In this document: positions 19,470 to 28,808 of the stretch, piece by piece
Numbering within the stretch: position 1 is the stretch's first letter
Layout: each line of letters starts with the position of its first letter
From: an uncultured virus (IMG/VR IMGVR_UViG_3300034355_000834)
Taxonomy: Duplodnaviria; Heunggongvirae; Uroviricota; Caudoviricetes
Direction: 5' to 3' (one strand)
Length of the DNA stretch: 64,000 nucleotides
IMG/VR virus record: IMGVR_UViG_3300034355_000834
Notes under the pieces: model-generated
The model's input: only the letters and a program-made list of their open reading frames with translations
What the model was told of the DNA's origin: nothing
The model's database searches: none
Position numbers and translations under genes: made by a program

Positions 19470-19787
19470 GAGCACATGAGTTCATAAGAGAATCCGGCAA
19501 TGATACGGTAATAATACACGATGCACATGGTGGATTCATTTCTAATATCCAAATTTAATAAAGACATGAAAAATGACGGAAATTAATTTCATAAAAATAA
19601 CGGACGGCATTGGAAAAATCACACCAAAAAAAGGTCAATTAACATTGAAGGATTTTTCTCATAATACCAAAATTTACGAATCATATTTAATGATGATTCA
19701 ATGGGCCAAAGAAATGGATGAGCATCTCCAATCAGAAATATATGAACACAAAACGGGGAAGAACAATGAGAGCACATGAGTTCATAA
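19458..19787 (+). repeat. exact 30-bp direct repeat, 300 bp apart, encoding the MRAHEFI tag
   Basis: gaagaacaatgagagcacatgagttcataa at 19458-19487 and 19758-19787. Confidence 0.9.
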
Positions 19788-20245
19788 CGCCAGAATCAGA
19801 TAATTTAGTATGGTTCCACATAGAGGGAAAACCGGCTATTGGTATCATAAAAAAGAAATTCGGCAAGGTAATTCGTGAATGCGGTGGTGTATTAAATGTT
19901 CCCGGCAAATACTGGACTCTTATTCAGAATTTAGCTTATACTGCTGGTGGATTGGCTGAACTCACTGATATGCCAAAGAAATGCGCCAAAAAAACTAAAG
20001 TCAAGTATAATGATAATACTGTAAACATAAATACTGCTACGAAAACAATCACATTTGAATCATTGGATGATGAGGATGATTTGGAAGAAGAGGAACAAGA
20101 AAATGTTCTTACTCCACAATTTGATTTAGCAACTGATAAAATCAATGATGCTGGCGCTGGAGTGCAAGCTCATACTCAAATAGATAATTACGTGCAAAGT
20201 GCATCTGCTACCCAAAAGCCCATCAAGAATGTACCATCACCATAG
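19766..20245 (+). CDS. tagged hypothetical protein (MRAHEFITPES)
   Basis: ORF from the second repeat copy. Confidence 0.65.
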   Translation: MRAHEFITPESDNLVWFHIEGKPAIGIIKKKFGKVIRECGGVLNVPGKYWTLIQNLAYTAGGLAELTDMPKKCAKKTKVKYNDNTVNINTATKTITFESLDDEDDLEEEEQENVLTPQFDLATDKINDAGAGVQAHTQIDNYVQSASATQKPIKNVPSP

Positions 20246-20495
20246 AACACCAAGGACCGTTAGCCGTTGTGGTTAACATAGGCGTCGGGCTTAGAATTGT
20301 GCCTGATATCAGAGAGACTCGCTACCTTTTTCTGATTAAAAACAATTCACCTTTACGGCAGGGAAGAACAATGGACTATGAAAATTTTGTTGGATTTGTG
20401 ATGACTATCATCGTGGCTCTATACTTCATAGGGGCAACCACTTCAATTTTACTCAGTGAGTTTGGTGTCTTCCAATGATTGTTATATTCACCTAA

Positions 20496-20899
20496 GCCAA
20501 TGCTAAAACCCCGTGCTTTAGTTCGGGGATAAGGCCGGCGTAAAATAATGCTTGACATCTAGGTTCTCCTATATTATAATTTCTACATCAGTTGAAATAC
20601 TGATAAGTAAAACAGTTGAATGAGATCGGCGAGAACCAAGTCTATCAATAATCATTCAACTATTTGCCGGTGGTTTCAAGACCACGGGTCGTCATTGCTT
20701 GATGCACTTGACGAGTATAGGCCAGGAACTGGCCGAATCGACGCCTGTGGAGATCATGTTAGACTACCGGGGTCCAATGATATAAGGTTGCAAGTCCGAG
20801 CTAATTGGCTGCGTAAAATCATTGGTCTTTTAAAGTAATACCGAAGTAGCTGTGATCGTTGAAGCAGGAAGCTCCGTCCTTTAGGTCGGAGTAGTTCAC
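20496..20899 (+). mobile_element. non-autonomous IS200/IS605-type element (omegaRNA-like RNA, no protein), copy 1
   Basis: left hairpin aaaccccgtgctttagttcgggga; right end gaagcaggaagctccgtcctttaggtcggagtagttcac; close inverted copy at 51041-51446. Confidence 0.8.
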
Positions 20900-20964
20900 A
20901 CTAACTCAGACGATGAGAAATCCTTCACATCAATTTTTAACCACCACTCATATAAGGAGTAAAA

Positions 20965-21228
20965 ATGTCCGCAAATAAAGTCTTTAACGCAAACGAAAAG
21001 GTTAAGCTGCAACAAATCATCAACGAAGGCATGAATGTCATGTCGGAAATTGAGGTTCTTAACGAGGGGCTAAAGGATACTATTAAAAATATCGCAGAAG
21101 AAATGGATATTAAGCCAGCGGTGCTTAAAAAGGCCATCAAAATCGCCCATAAAGCTGGGTTTACACGTGAATCAGAAAATCACGAACTACTTGAAACGAT
21201 CTTAGTAACAGTAGGAAAAACTATTTGA
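20965..21228 (+). CDS. T4 DsbA-like dsDNA-binding protein
   Basis: short helical LKDTIKNIAEEMDIKPAVLKKAIKIAHK; directly upstream of polB. Confidence 0.55.
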   Translation: MSANKVFNANEKVKLQQIINEGMNVMSEIEVLNEGLKDTIKNIAEEMDIKPAVLKKAIKIAHKAGFTRESENHELLETILVTVGKTI

Positions 21229-21229
21229 T

Positions 21230-22864
21230 ATGTATGTAGATGCTTTTCTAGAAAAAGAAAAGAATACAGTCTACGTCGTTGAACGATCTACTCACGGTAA
21301 AAGGATATACCGTGAGTATCCCGTAGAGTATGTATTCTATTACCCAAACCAATACGGGAATCATCAGAGTATTTTTGGTACTCCCGTATCAAAATTTAAA
21401 ACAAACAATCATAAAGAGTTCAGAAAAGAACTATCGGTTCATTCTGGTGCAAAATTATTTGAATCAGATATTAACCCGGTATTCCGATGTTTGGAGAACA
21501 ATTATCTTGATGCTGCACCACCCAAACTGAATGTAGCGTTCTTTGACATCGAGGTGGCGTTTGATCATGACCGAGGCTTTGCGCCAACCGAAGACCCATT
21601 TAATGAAGTAACAGCAATCACTGTTTATCTTGATTGGATGGATCAGCTTATCACATTAGCCATTCCACCAAAAAATCTCACGATAGATACTGCCACTGAT
21701 TTAGTAAAGGATTTTAGCAACACTTATCTATTTGATACAGAAAAACAAATGTTATCTGTATTTTTGGATATGTTGGATGATGCTGACGTTATCACGGGTT
21801 GGAACAGCGGTGGATTTGATATTCCATATCTTGTAAACAGAATTGCCAAAGTATTAACAAGAGATGACAATAGAAAATGGTGCTTATGGGATCAATCCCC
21901 GAAAAGAAGAATCTATGAGCGATTTGGAAGCGAGATTTTAACTTATGATTTAGTGGGCAGAGTTCATATGGACTACTATGATCTATATCGTAAATTTACT
22001 TACGAAGAGCGACATAGTTATTCATTAGATGCTATTGGCGAATATGAGTTGGGTGATCGTAAAGTATCCTATGAAGGTTCACTTGACCAGCTTTATCATA
22101 GAGACTTCAAAAAGTTTATTGATTACAATAGACAAGACGTTATGTTGGTATTCAAGCTGGACCAAAAGCTAAAATTCATGGAACTGGCTAATACGTTGGC
22201 TCATAAAAACACGGTATTACTACCGACCGCATTGGGTTCAGTTACCATGATTGAGCAAGCGATTATCAACGAAGCTCACAAACAAGGAGTTGTTGTACCG
22301 GACAAGGCACGATCAGATGGATCAGACACTCAGGCAGCGGGCGCATATGTTGCCGTGCCAGTGAAGGGAATGCACGAATATATCGGTTCTATTGATATTA
22401 ACTCACTATATCCTTCTACTCTTCGCGCATTGAATATGGGTCAGGAAACCATTGTTGGTCAAATTAGACCGACAATAACCGATGAGCATATTGCTAATTT
22501 AATGGAGCAAGGCAAGAAGGGTGGAGAACTGTGGGATGGATTGTTCGCTACATTAGAGTATACCGCTGTTATGGAAATGCGAGATATACCTCTGATATTG
22601 GATTGGAACGATGGTAAATCAGAAGAATTATCTGCCAAGCTAATTTGGAAATTGATATTTGACAGTGATTTGCCGTGGGGATTATCAGCTAATGGTACTA
22701 TTTTTACATTCCAAAAAGAAGCAATTGTTCCCGGTCTTCTGAAAAAATGGTATTCTCAGAGGAAAGAATTTCAAGCTAAATTGAATAAACTGATTGAGTA
22801 CAATAATTCAAAGATTGAACTTCCTGATGATATCATTGAAAAATTATCAATGATAGATGATTAG
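21230..22864 (+). CDS. polB: family B DNA polymerase, N-terminal subunit (3'-5' exonuclease and palm motif A)
   Basis: FFDIEV, GWNSGGFDIPY, YSLDAI, YNRQDV, GAYV, DINSLYPS; ends in the fingers after RKEFQ. Confidence 0.92.
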   Translation: MYVDAFLEKEKNTVYVVERSTHGKRIYREYPVEYVFYYPNQYGNHQSIFGTPVSKFKTNNHKEFRKELSVHSGAKLFESDINPVFRCLENNYLDAAPPKLNVAFFDIEVAFDHDRGFAPTEDPFNEVTAITVYLDWMDQLITLAIPPKNLTIDTATDLVKDFSNTYLFDTEKQMLSVFLDMLDDADVITGWNSGGFDIPYLVNRIAKVLTRDDNRKWCLWDQSPKRRIYERFGSEILTYDLVGRVHMDYYDLYRKFTYEERHSYSLDAIGEYELGDRKVSYEGSLDQLYHRDFKKFIDYNRQDVMLVFKLDQKLKFMELANTLAHKNTVLLPTALGSVTMIEQAIINEAHKQGVVVPDKARSDGSDTQAAGAYVAVPVKGMHEYIGSIDINSLYPSTLRALNMGQETIVGQIRPTITDEHIANLMEQGKKGGELWDGLFATLEYTAVMEMRDIPLILDWNDGKSEELSAKLIWKLIFDSDLPWGLSANGTIFTFQKEAIVPGLLKKWYSQRKEFQAKLNKLIEYNNSKIELPDDIIEKLSMIDD

Positions 22865-22898
22865 TGCTAAATAGCTCCATATAGAGAGAACACAGAGT

Positions 22899-24092
22899 AT
22901 GGAACTACAACAGATATTTAGGATAATTGAGAATGACTCTTTGGCCAATATAAAAAGTCATCATTATTTCAATAGATATAAGAAAATAATTTCAATTTAT
23001 GTAAATAGAATCATTGATCTGGAAAAAACAGGTGATTTGGGAGAATTTGAAAGTCATCATATTCTCCCAAAATCAATGTATCCTGATTTAAAAAAGGAAA
23101 AATGGAACTTAGTTCGCTTGCCAACGAGAGTTCATTATTTGGTGCATTATCTACTATTTAAGTCTTTTTCTGATGATGGATTGACGTTTGCATTCAATCA
23201 GATGCGTCGTATAACAAAAACAAAAAGACCAAATTGTAAATTATATGAATCAGTGCGAAAGGATTTCGCACAAACTATAAGCAAAAACAATAAAGGAAAA
23301 CAAAGAGATGCAATTTTTAAAAATGCTTGCGCAGAACGAACTAAAAATACAAATGTTTACAGATCACCAGATGGAGAACTACGGAGATTTACTATAGGAT
23401 CGGAACCTTATGATTGGGTATCATTTCAAAATGGTAGAGTGAGAACCAATGATTCCAAAAAATTGATTAAAGACATAATGAAAGAACGAGTTTGGCAATA
23501 TAATCAGATAACAAGAGAGGTAAAATTTGAACATACTATTTTGGATGGATTTTTAAAAGGATTTCCGCCTTGGTTTGAAATCAATGGGAAAAAGTGCAAG
23601 GATTCTATCTGGATACATCACGCTATAGAAAAAACCAATAAAAGACTTAAAGTGAATGAGCAAATACCAAAGGGCTATGTTTTTGGTAGATTCTTTGAAT
23701 CTAATCCTGGGTTAGACCGATTGAATAATGGACACGAAACTCTTGTATTAGACCTAATGAATAAAGAATATATATTAGTAGATAAATCGTTATTACCAAA
23801 TGCACGATACAAAAAGCACGGAACCTCTCTTGACAAAGTGTTCCTATTCAAATACAATAATACTGTCTACACTTCAATGAAGGATATGTGTGACCATTTG
23901 GGCATATCACGATTTCCTTCCAATCCATCTTTTTTACAAAAAATCATACCAAAGAAACATTGGAACCAGACAAAAAACATGCAAAAAATAAGCGAAAAAT
24001 TTGGCGGCAAAACTTATAACCAAGCAGGATTTAGTGCAATTTCATTATTGGAATACGAATTCAAAGAGGAAGAGATATATGTTAGATATTGA
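22899..24092 (+). CDS. free-standing HNH homing endonuclease between the two polB genes
   Basis: ESHHILPKS..NLVRLPTRVHYLVHYLL; GCTAAATA upstream. Confidence 0.8.
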   Translation: MELQQIFRIIENDSLANIKSHHYFNRYKKIISIYVNRIIDLEKTGDLGEFESHHILPKSMYPDLKKEKWNLVRLPTRVHYLVHYLLFKSFSDDGLTFAFNQMRRITKTKRPNCKLYESVRKDFAQTISKNNKGKQRDAIFKNACAERTKNTNVYRSPDGELRRFTIGSEPYDWVSFQNGRVRTNDSKKLIKDIMKERVWQYNQITREVKFEHTILDGFLKGFPPWFEINGKKCKDSIWIHHAIEKTNKRLKVNEQIPKGYVFGRFFESNPGLDRLNNGHETLVLDLMNKEYILVDKSLLPNARYKKHGTSLDKVFLFKYNNTVYTSMKDMCDHLGISRFPSNPSFLQKIIPKKHWNQTKNMQKISEKFGGKTYNQAGFSAISLLEYEFKEEEIYVRY

Positions 24093-26541
24093 TAGACTTC
24101 GTGATATAGTTAAATCTAAGGATACGAAGGAAATAAGAGATTATATGAAAAAATATAATCTCTATGTAGAAAACGGAAAAATAATAATCCCGAAAGACAA
24201 ATTAACAGAAGCTAAGGAATATTGGGATAGACAACAGCACTCTATCAAAATTTTCATTAATTCGCTTAAATGTAGGGCGCATTTGGTGGCGACATCAAAT
24301 TGAAAATCTCGTGAATTCGGTGAACATCCAGAATCTGAAAGGATTCCACCGAGGAGTGATAAATAATTGCATGTAAACGGCAAGATGGAGTTAAAACATG
24401 CAATACAAGAAATGCACAAGATGTCACAATGACCTTCCGCTCACAGACTTCCACAAGGACAGAAAAGGCAAATGGGGCCTCAGGTCTTGGTGCAAAAAGT
24501 GTGAGAGTAAACGATGCAAACATTCTACTATTGCTGACAAACGCAAAGCACATAGAGAAAATAAAACAGTCGTGTACTACAATGGAAGAGCCGGCAAGTT
24601 GAAGCAACGAGCTCCTGGCAACGTTACAGGAGAAGACTTAATGGAACTAATGTCAGTGTGTGGTCACAAATGTGTATACTGCGGTAGTGAAGAAAGTCTA
24701 CAGTTTGACCATGTGATAAGCGTGGAAAGCGGTGGAACTAGTGATTTGTGTAACATCTCTGTTCTGTGCGCTGATTGCAACAGAATGAAGGGAAGAAGAA
24801 ATCACCGCGACTTTATTGCCCTCCTTGTAAAAATTATATCAAACCTCGGAACGGACAATACCGAGCCAAGCCTCATCAATGGGGAAGGTGTAACGACTAT
24901 CCCGAAAGGGAGTACTGCCAAGTGGCAGGAAGCGCGAGACATCTGATAGTATCAGAAGAAGAGATAGTCTAATCTTTATAGGAATATAAAGCGGCCAATT
25001 GTTGGCGGCAATGAATTAACGAATCATTGTGAATATACTGTTACGGCGCAATTCTCAACCAGCATTGCAAGTTTTTTGATAAAAGAATAGGCCAATCTAC
25101 CACATTAACAGGTAGATCAATATGTAAGCATATGGCGGCAAAGGTAAATGAACTAATATGCGAAGAATACAATCATGAAGGCAAGTCAATAATTTATGGT
25201 GATACTGACAGTCATTTGGGTTCTACTGTTATTAGAACAAATAAAGGAAATGTTGCCGTAGAAGAACTGTTTGAGTCATGTACGGAGTTTTGGAACAATG
25301 GTGATAAGGAATACGCGAACGATTCTACTTTGAAGGTTCTATCTTATGATCCAAGTGATAATACACTAATGTATGATAGTATCAATTATATATATCGTCA
25401 CAAAGTAACTAAGGATTTATATGAGATCGAGGATGAATTGGGAAATATTGTAACGGTAACAGAGGATCATTCTGTTATGGTGGAACGCGAAGGCATATTG
25501 TGCGAAGTTAAACCAATGGATATCCAGGAAAACGATATACTAATATCTGTTCATGATTGTATGAATGAAATCAAGGTATTTAAGGGCCGCGTGAAATCAG
25601 TGAGAAAGATTGAAGCGGCCAAAAACGAGTATGTTTATGACATTGGCATGAAACACGACGTAAATCAATGGTATTTTGGAAACAACATTCTAATTCACAA
25701 TAGTTGTTATTTCTCAGCGTGGCCGATAGTAAGAGACTCAAATGCAAAATGGGACAAGGAAATAGCCATTCGTGTATATGATTCAATTGCAGATCAAGTT
25801 AATGAATCATTTCCGTCCTTTATGGAACAAGCATTTCATTGTCCACGATCTTTTGGGGAGATTATCAGGGGTGGTAGAGAAATTGTAGCAAGGCGTGGGA
25901 TTTTCATAACCAAAAAGCGTTATGCAGTGATGTATTATGACAAGGATGGACACCGATATGACAATGATGGCAAAGTAGGTAAACTAAAAGCGATGGGATT
26001 AGACTTAAAGCGATCTGATACCCCAAAATTCGTTCAAAAGTTTTTAGTAGAGATACTTGAAGACGTGCTAAATGGCGGTAACAAAGAAGACGTTATTGAG
26101 AAAATTCTTGCATTCAAACTTCAATTTATGGAGATGCCATCATGGGAGAAAGGAACTCCAAAGAGAGTGAATAATCTTACCAAGTTCACTGTAATGTATG
26201 ATAAAAACGCAAGGTCCAATCTTCCCGGTCATGTGAGAGCGGCAGTCAATTGGAATATCTTGCGAGAAATTAACAAAGACAACAAGGTCATGAAAATAAA
26301 TGATGGTCAAAAAACTATCGTATGCAAGCTAAGAAATAACGCCTTAAATTGGACATCTATTGCATATCCGATTGACGAACAACATCTACCAAAATGGTTT
26401 CTTGAATTGCCGTTTGATGATAATCTGATGATGACCACAATCGTAGATAAAAAGATTGACAATGTCATTGGAGTATTGGATTGGAATTTAAGAGAATCCA
26501 CTGAACTAACAAACACTTTTCAAAGCCTATTTGACTTCTGA
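24079..26541 (+). CDS. polB: family B DNA polymerase, C-terminal subunit; join(24079..24266,25041..26541), contains an intein
   Basis: SD GAGGA + ATG 24079; splicing restores KIFINSLYGA..GQSTTLTGR; YGDTD/S; KKRYA; GLDLKRSDTP. Confidence 0.88.
24267..25040 (+). ncRNA. group I self-splicing intron in polB motif B
   Basis: 5' exon ends in U (P1 cgcu/gggcg); intron ends in G; core strings gaattcggtgaa, aataccgagccaagc, aacgactat, aagagatagtcta; removal restores the frame. Confidence 0.88.
24398..24946 (+). CDS. intron-encoded HNH endonuclease
   Basis: CxxC zinc motifs; CVYCG..FDHVI..GG..CNI..LCADCN; 3' end runs into the ribozyme core. Confidence 0.85.
   Translation: MQYKKCTRCHNDLPLTDFHKDRKGKWGLRSWCKKCESKRCKHSTIADKRKAHRENKTVVYYNGRAGKLKQRAPGNVTGEDLMELMSVCGHKCVYCGSEESLQFDHVISVESGGTSDLCNISVLCADCNRMKGRRNHRDFIALLVKIISNLGTDNTEPSLINGEGVTTIPKGSTAKWQEARDI
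25210..25701 (+). mobile_element. mini-intein (164 aa, no endonuclease) at polB YGDTD|S
   Basis: starts SHLGST; block B VTEDHS; block F VYDIG; ends IHN followed by Ser. Confidence 0.92.
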
Positions 26542-26616
26542 TTTAACCTTTTTCCTTGACACATTTTACCATAAACAGTAAAGTTAAACAGCAATCAACA
26601 ACAATATGGAGAAATA

Positions 26617-27339
26617 ATGAAAGACTATCTTCACGATTTAGTGAGTCACACATTTGATTTAGGTGGTATCGGCTTAATTAAAATTACCGGAACTGATACA
26701 GAAACTCTTATCAATGCTGTTGCAGACGATAAATCAGTCGTGGTAGAGGGAAAGTTTCTGAAGCCATCTGCTGATTTTATAGGCACGTTTGGTATGCCAA
26801 ATCTTAGCAAGCTAAAGATTCTTCTCAATCTACCTGAGTATAAAGAGAATGCCAAGCTAACATTGACTCATAAAGAAGAAAATGTTCCTGATGGCATTGA
26901 TTTTGAAAATGCCGCAGGGGATTTTCATAATAACTACCGATTTATGGCGCGAGCGGTAGTTGACGAGGCTTTGCGTGTTCCTCGGTTTAAGGGCGTCAAT
27001 TGGCATGTTGAATTTCAACCCACCGTAGTTGGTATTCAGAGATTAAAGATGCAAGCACAAGCACATAGCGAGGAAACCAGTTTTCAAGCTAAGACTGAAG
27101 AGAACGATCTTAAATTCTATTTTGGAGATCATTCTACTCATGCCGGTGATTTTACATTCCATCATGGTATATCCGGCAATCTGAAGAAACCTTGGTCATG
27201 GCCAATTAAATCAATCATCTCCATTCTTGATCTTACTGGAGATAAGATTTTTAAAATCAGCGACGATGGCGCGGCAATGATTACGGTTGACACGGGTCTT
27301 GCCACCTATAATTACATTTTACCAGCACAAACAAAGTAA
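26617..27339 (+). CDS. putative sliding clamp (gp45-like)
   Basis: 240 aa directly after polB; ends YNYILPA; beta-rich pattern. Confidence 0.55.
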   Translation: MKDYLHDLVSHTFDLGGIGLIKITGTDTETLINAVADDKSVVVEGKFLKPSADFIGTFGMPNLSKLKILLNLPEYKENAKLTLTHKEENVPDGIDFENAAGDFHNNYRFMARAVVDEALRVPRFKGVNWHVEFQPTVVGIQRLKMQAQAHSEETSFQAKTEENDLKFYFGDHSTHAGDFTFHHGISGNLKKPWSWPIKSIISILDLTGDKIFKISDDGAAMITVDTGLATYNYILPAQTK

Positions 27340-27347
27340 CTAAGAAA

Positions 27348-27611
27348 ATGGCTAAAGTAAAAAACCAACCAAACCCAGCAGTAGCAAAGATTTTTGATGA
27401 TCTTGCTAAATTTTTGAACTTTTGCAGAGATTATGGATATCGGTTTAACGAATCCGATCTATACAACTTCAAGAGCTACCCTTGGCAACAATATAACAAG
27501 TTCATCAATGGAAAGAACGCCAAGGATATGTGGGCAGAAGACATCAGGCGGTTAGGAGGAAGATTCTCCAAACCAGTATTCACTTCAAGTGATCCAAGCA
27601 CCACTGCTTAA
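27348..27611 (+). CDS. hypothetical phage protein
   Basis: ORF; FLNFCRDYGYRFNE. Confidence 0.6.
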   Translation: MAKVKNQPNPAVAKIFDDLAKFLNFCRDYGYRFNESDLYNFKSYPWQQYNKFINGKNAKDMWAEDIRRLGGRFSKPVFTSSDPSTTA

Positions 27612-27623
27612 AATCACTACATG

Positions 27624-27657
27624 ACTCTTGGGTAATCAGATTACCCAAGAGTTTTTC
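27624..27657 (+). terminator. 13-bp perfect hairpin plus T-run (intrinsic terminator or operator)
   Basis: actcttgggtaat-cag-attacccaagagt-tttt. Confidence 0.55.
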
Positions 27658-27672
27658 TATAACAAGTATAAT

Positions 27673-27957
27673 ATGACAGAAAAAATATCTTCTCCAAACC
27701 ACTATCAAGGATTAAATGACCTTGAAGTTATTGATGTTATTGATATATTCAATCTGAATTTTTCACGCGGGTGTGCTGTTAAATACGTTCTTAGAGCAGG
27801 ACACAAGTTAGAAGAAGGATATACCAAGGAAGAAAAAGAAATAGAAGATTTAGAAAAAGCGATTTGGTATATTACGCACGAAGTAAATTTAATAAAGGAA
27901 AGGTCGTCCATTGCCGATACGGAAATTTTCACCATACCAACATCTCAGTCTAAATAG
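27673..27957 (+). CDS. DUF3310-like protein
   Basis: PNHY..EVIDVI..F..G.AVKY..RAG.K..EDLEKAIWY. Confidence 0.8.
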   Translation: MTEKISSPNHYQGLNDLEVIDVIDIFNLNFSRGCAVKYVLRAGHKLEEGYTKEEKEIEDLEKAIWYITHEVNLIKERSSIADTEIFTIPTSQSK

Positions 27958-27983
27958 TTTCGGCATGTAACACAGGTAATTTA

Positions 27984-28808
27984 ATGAAAAATTCAAAAAA
28001 TCACAAATATAATATTGCTATTCTTCTTCCAACAAGAGGAAGAACTGATGCTTTAAATCGTAGTATTGTTAGTCTGGTAAATCGGGCATTAGATAAAGAT
28101 AAAATTCAATTACTATTGGCATTTGACAACGACGATAACATTGGATATGATTACTTTGAGAAGGAAATTGTTCCTTATCTTGAATCCAAGGGCGTAGATT
28201 ATGAAGCATTTGAGTTTGATTCATTGGGATACGAAGGATTGAATCAATATTACAACTCTCTTGCGAAGAATGCTGACGCAGATTGGTTCTTCATTTGGAA
28301 CGATGATGCCATCATGGAATCAACCGGATGGGATAGAACTATCGCCTCTCATACTGGAAACTTCAAGCTACTAGCAGTTAGAACTCATCGCGATCATCCT
28401 TACAGTATTTTCCCAATTATTCCAACCGAGTGGCACGATGTAATGGGCTATCTAAGTCGTCATCAGATGATTGATGCCGAGGTAAGTCATATTGCCTATA
28501 TGCTGGATATATTTGAACGTATTCCCGTATATGTAACTCATGATCGGTTTGACTTGACTGGAAATAATTTGGATGAAACCGAAATAAACCGAGTCAGATT
28601 TGAGGGTAATCCTGATAACCCATTAGATTACTCTAATATTCATAACATTCAGGGAAGAGTAAAAGATGCTGAATTTTTATCAAAATATCTTCAGTCTAAA
28701 GACATGGATATGTCTTGGTGGGAAAATGTAAAAACAGGTAAACAAGATCCATGGGAAAAATTAGCAGCTAATGATCCTAATGGCCAAACAGTGAGAACAT
28801 CAAAATAA
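27984..28808 (+). CDS. GT-A (GT2-like) glycosyltransferase
   Basis: ILLPTRGR, FDNDD, WNDDA, GWD. Confidence 0.8.
   Translation: MKNSKNHKYNIAILLPTRGRTDALNRSIVSLVNRALDKDKIQLLLAFDNDDNIGYDYFEKEIVPYLESKGVDYEAFEFDSLGYEGLNQYYNSLAKNADADWFFIWNDDAIMESTGWDRTIASHTGNFKLLAVRTHRDHPYSIFPIIPTEWHDVMGYLSRHQMIDAEVSHIAYMLDIFERIPVYVTHDRFDLTGNNLDETEINRVRFEGNPDNPLDYSNIHNIQGRVKDAEFLSKYLQSKDMDMSWWENVKTGKQDPWEKLAANDPNGQTVRTSK

Noticed and set aside
20247..20330. GC-richer intergenic stretch as a possible ncRNA
   Set aside because: Could not derive a convincing fold or family by eye; needs an Infernal search
20376..20838. ORFs 20376..20558 (-) and 20620..20838 (+), and 50986..51186
   Set aside because: Fall within the repeated non-coding element; frames are not conserved between the two copies
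22865..24078. Second group I intron or split intein joining polB parts A and B
   Set aside because: No ribozyme core strings and no intein motifs at the ends of A or B; B has its own SD and ATG
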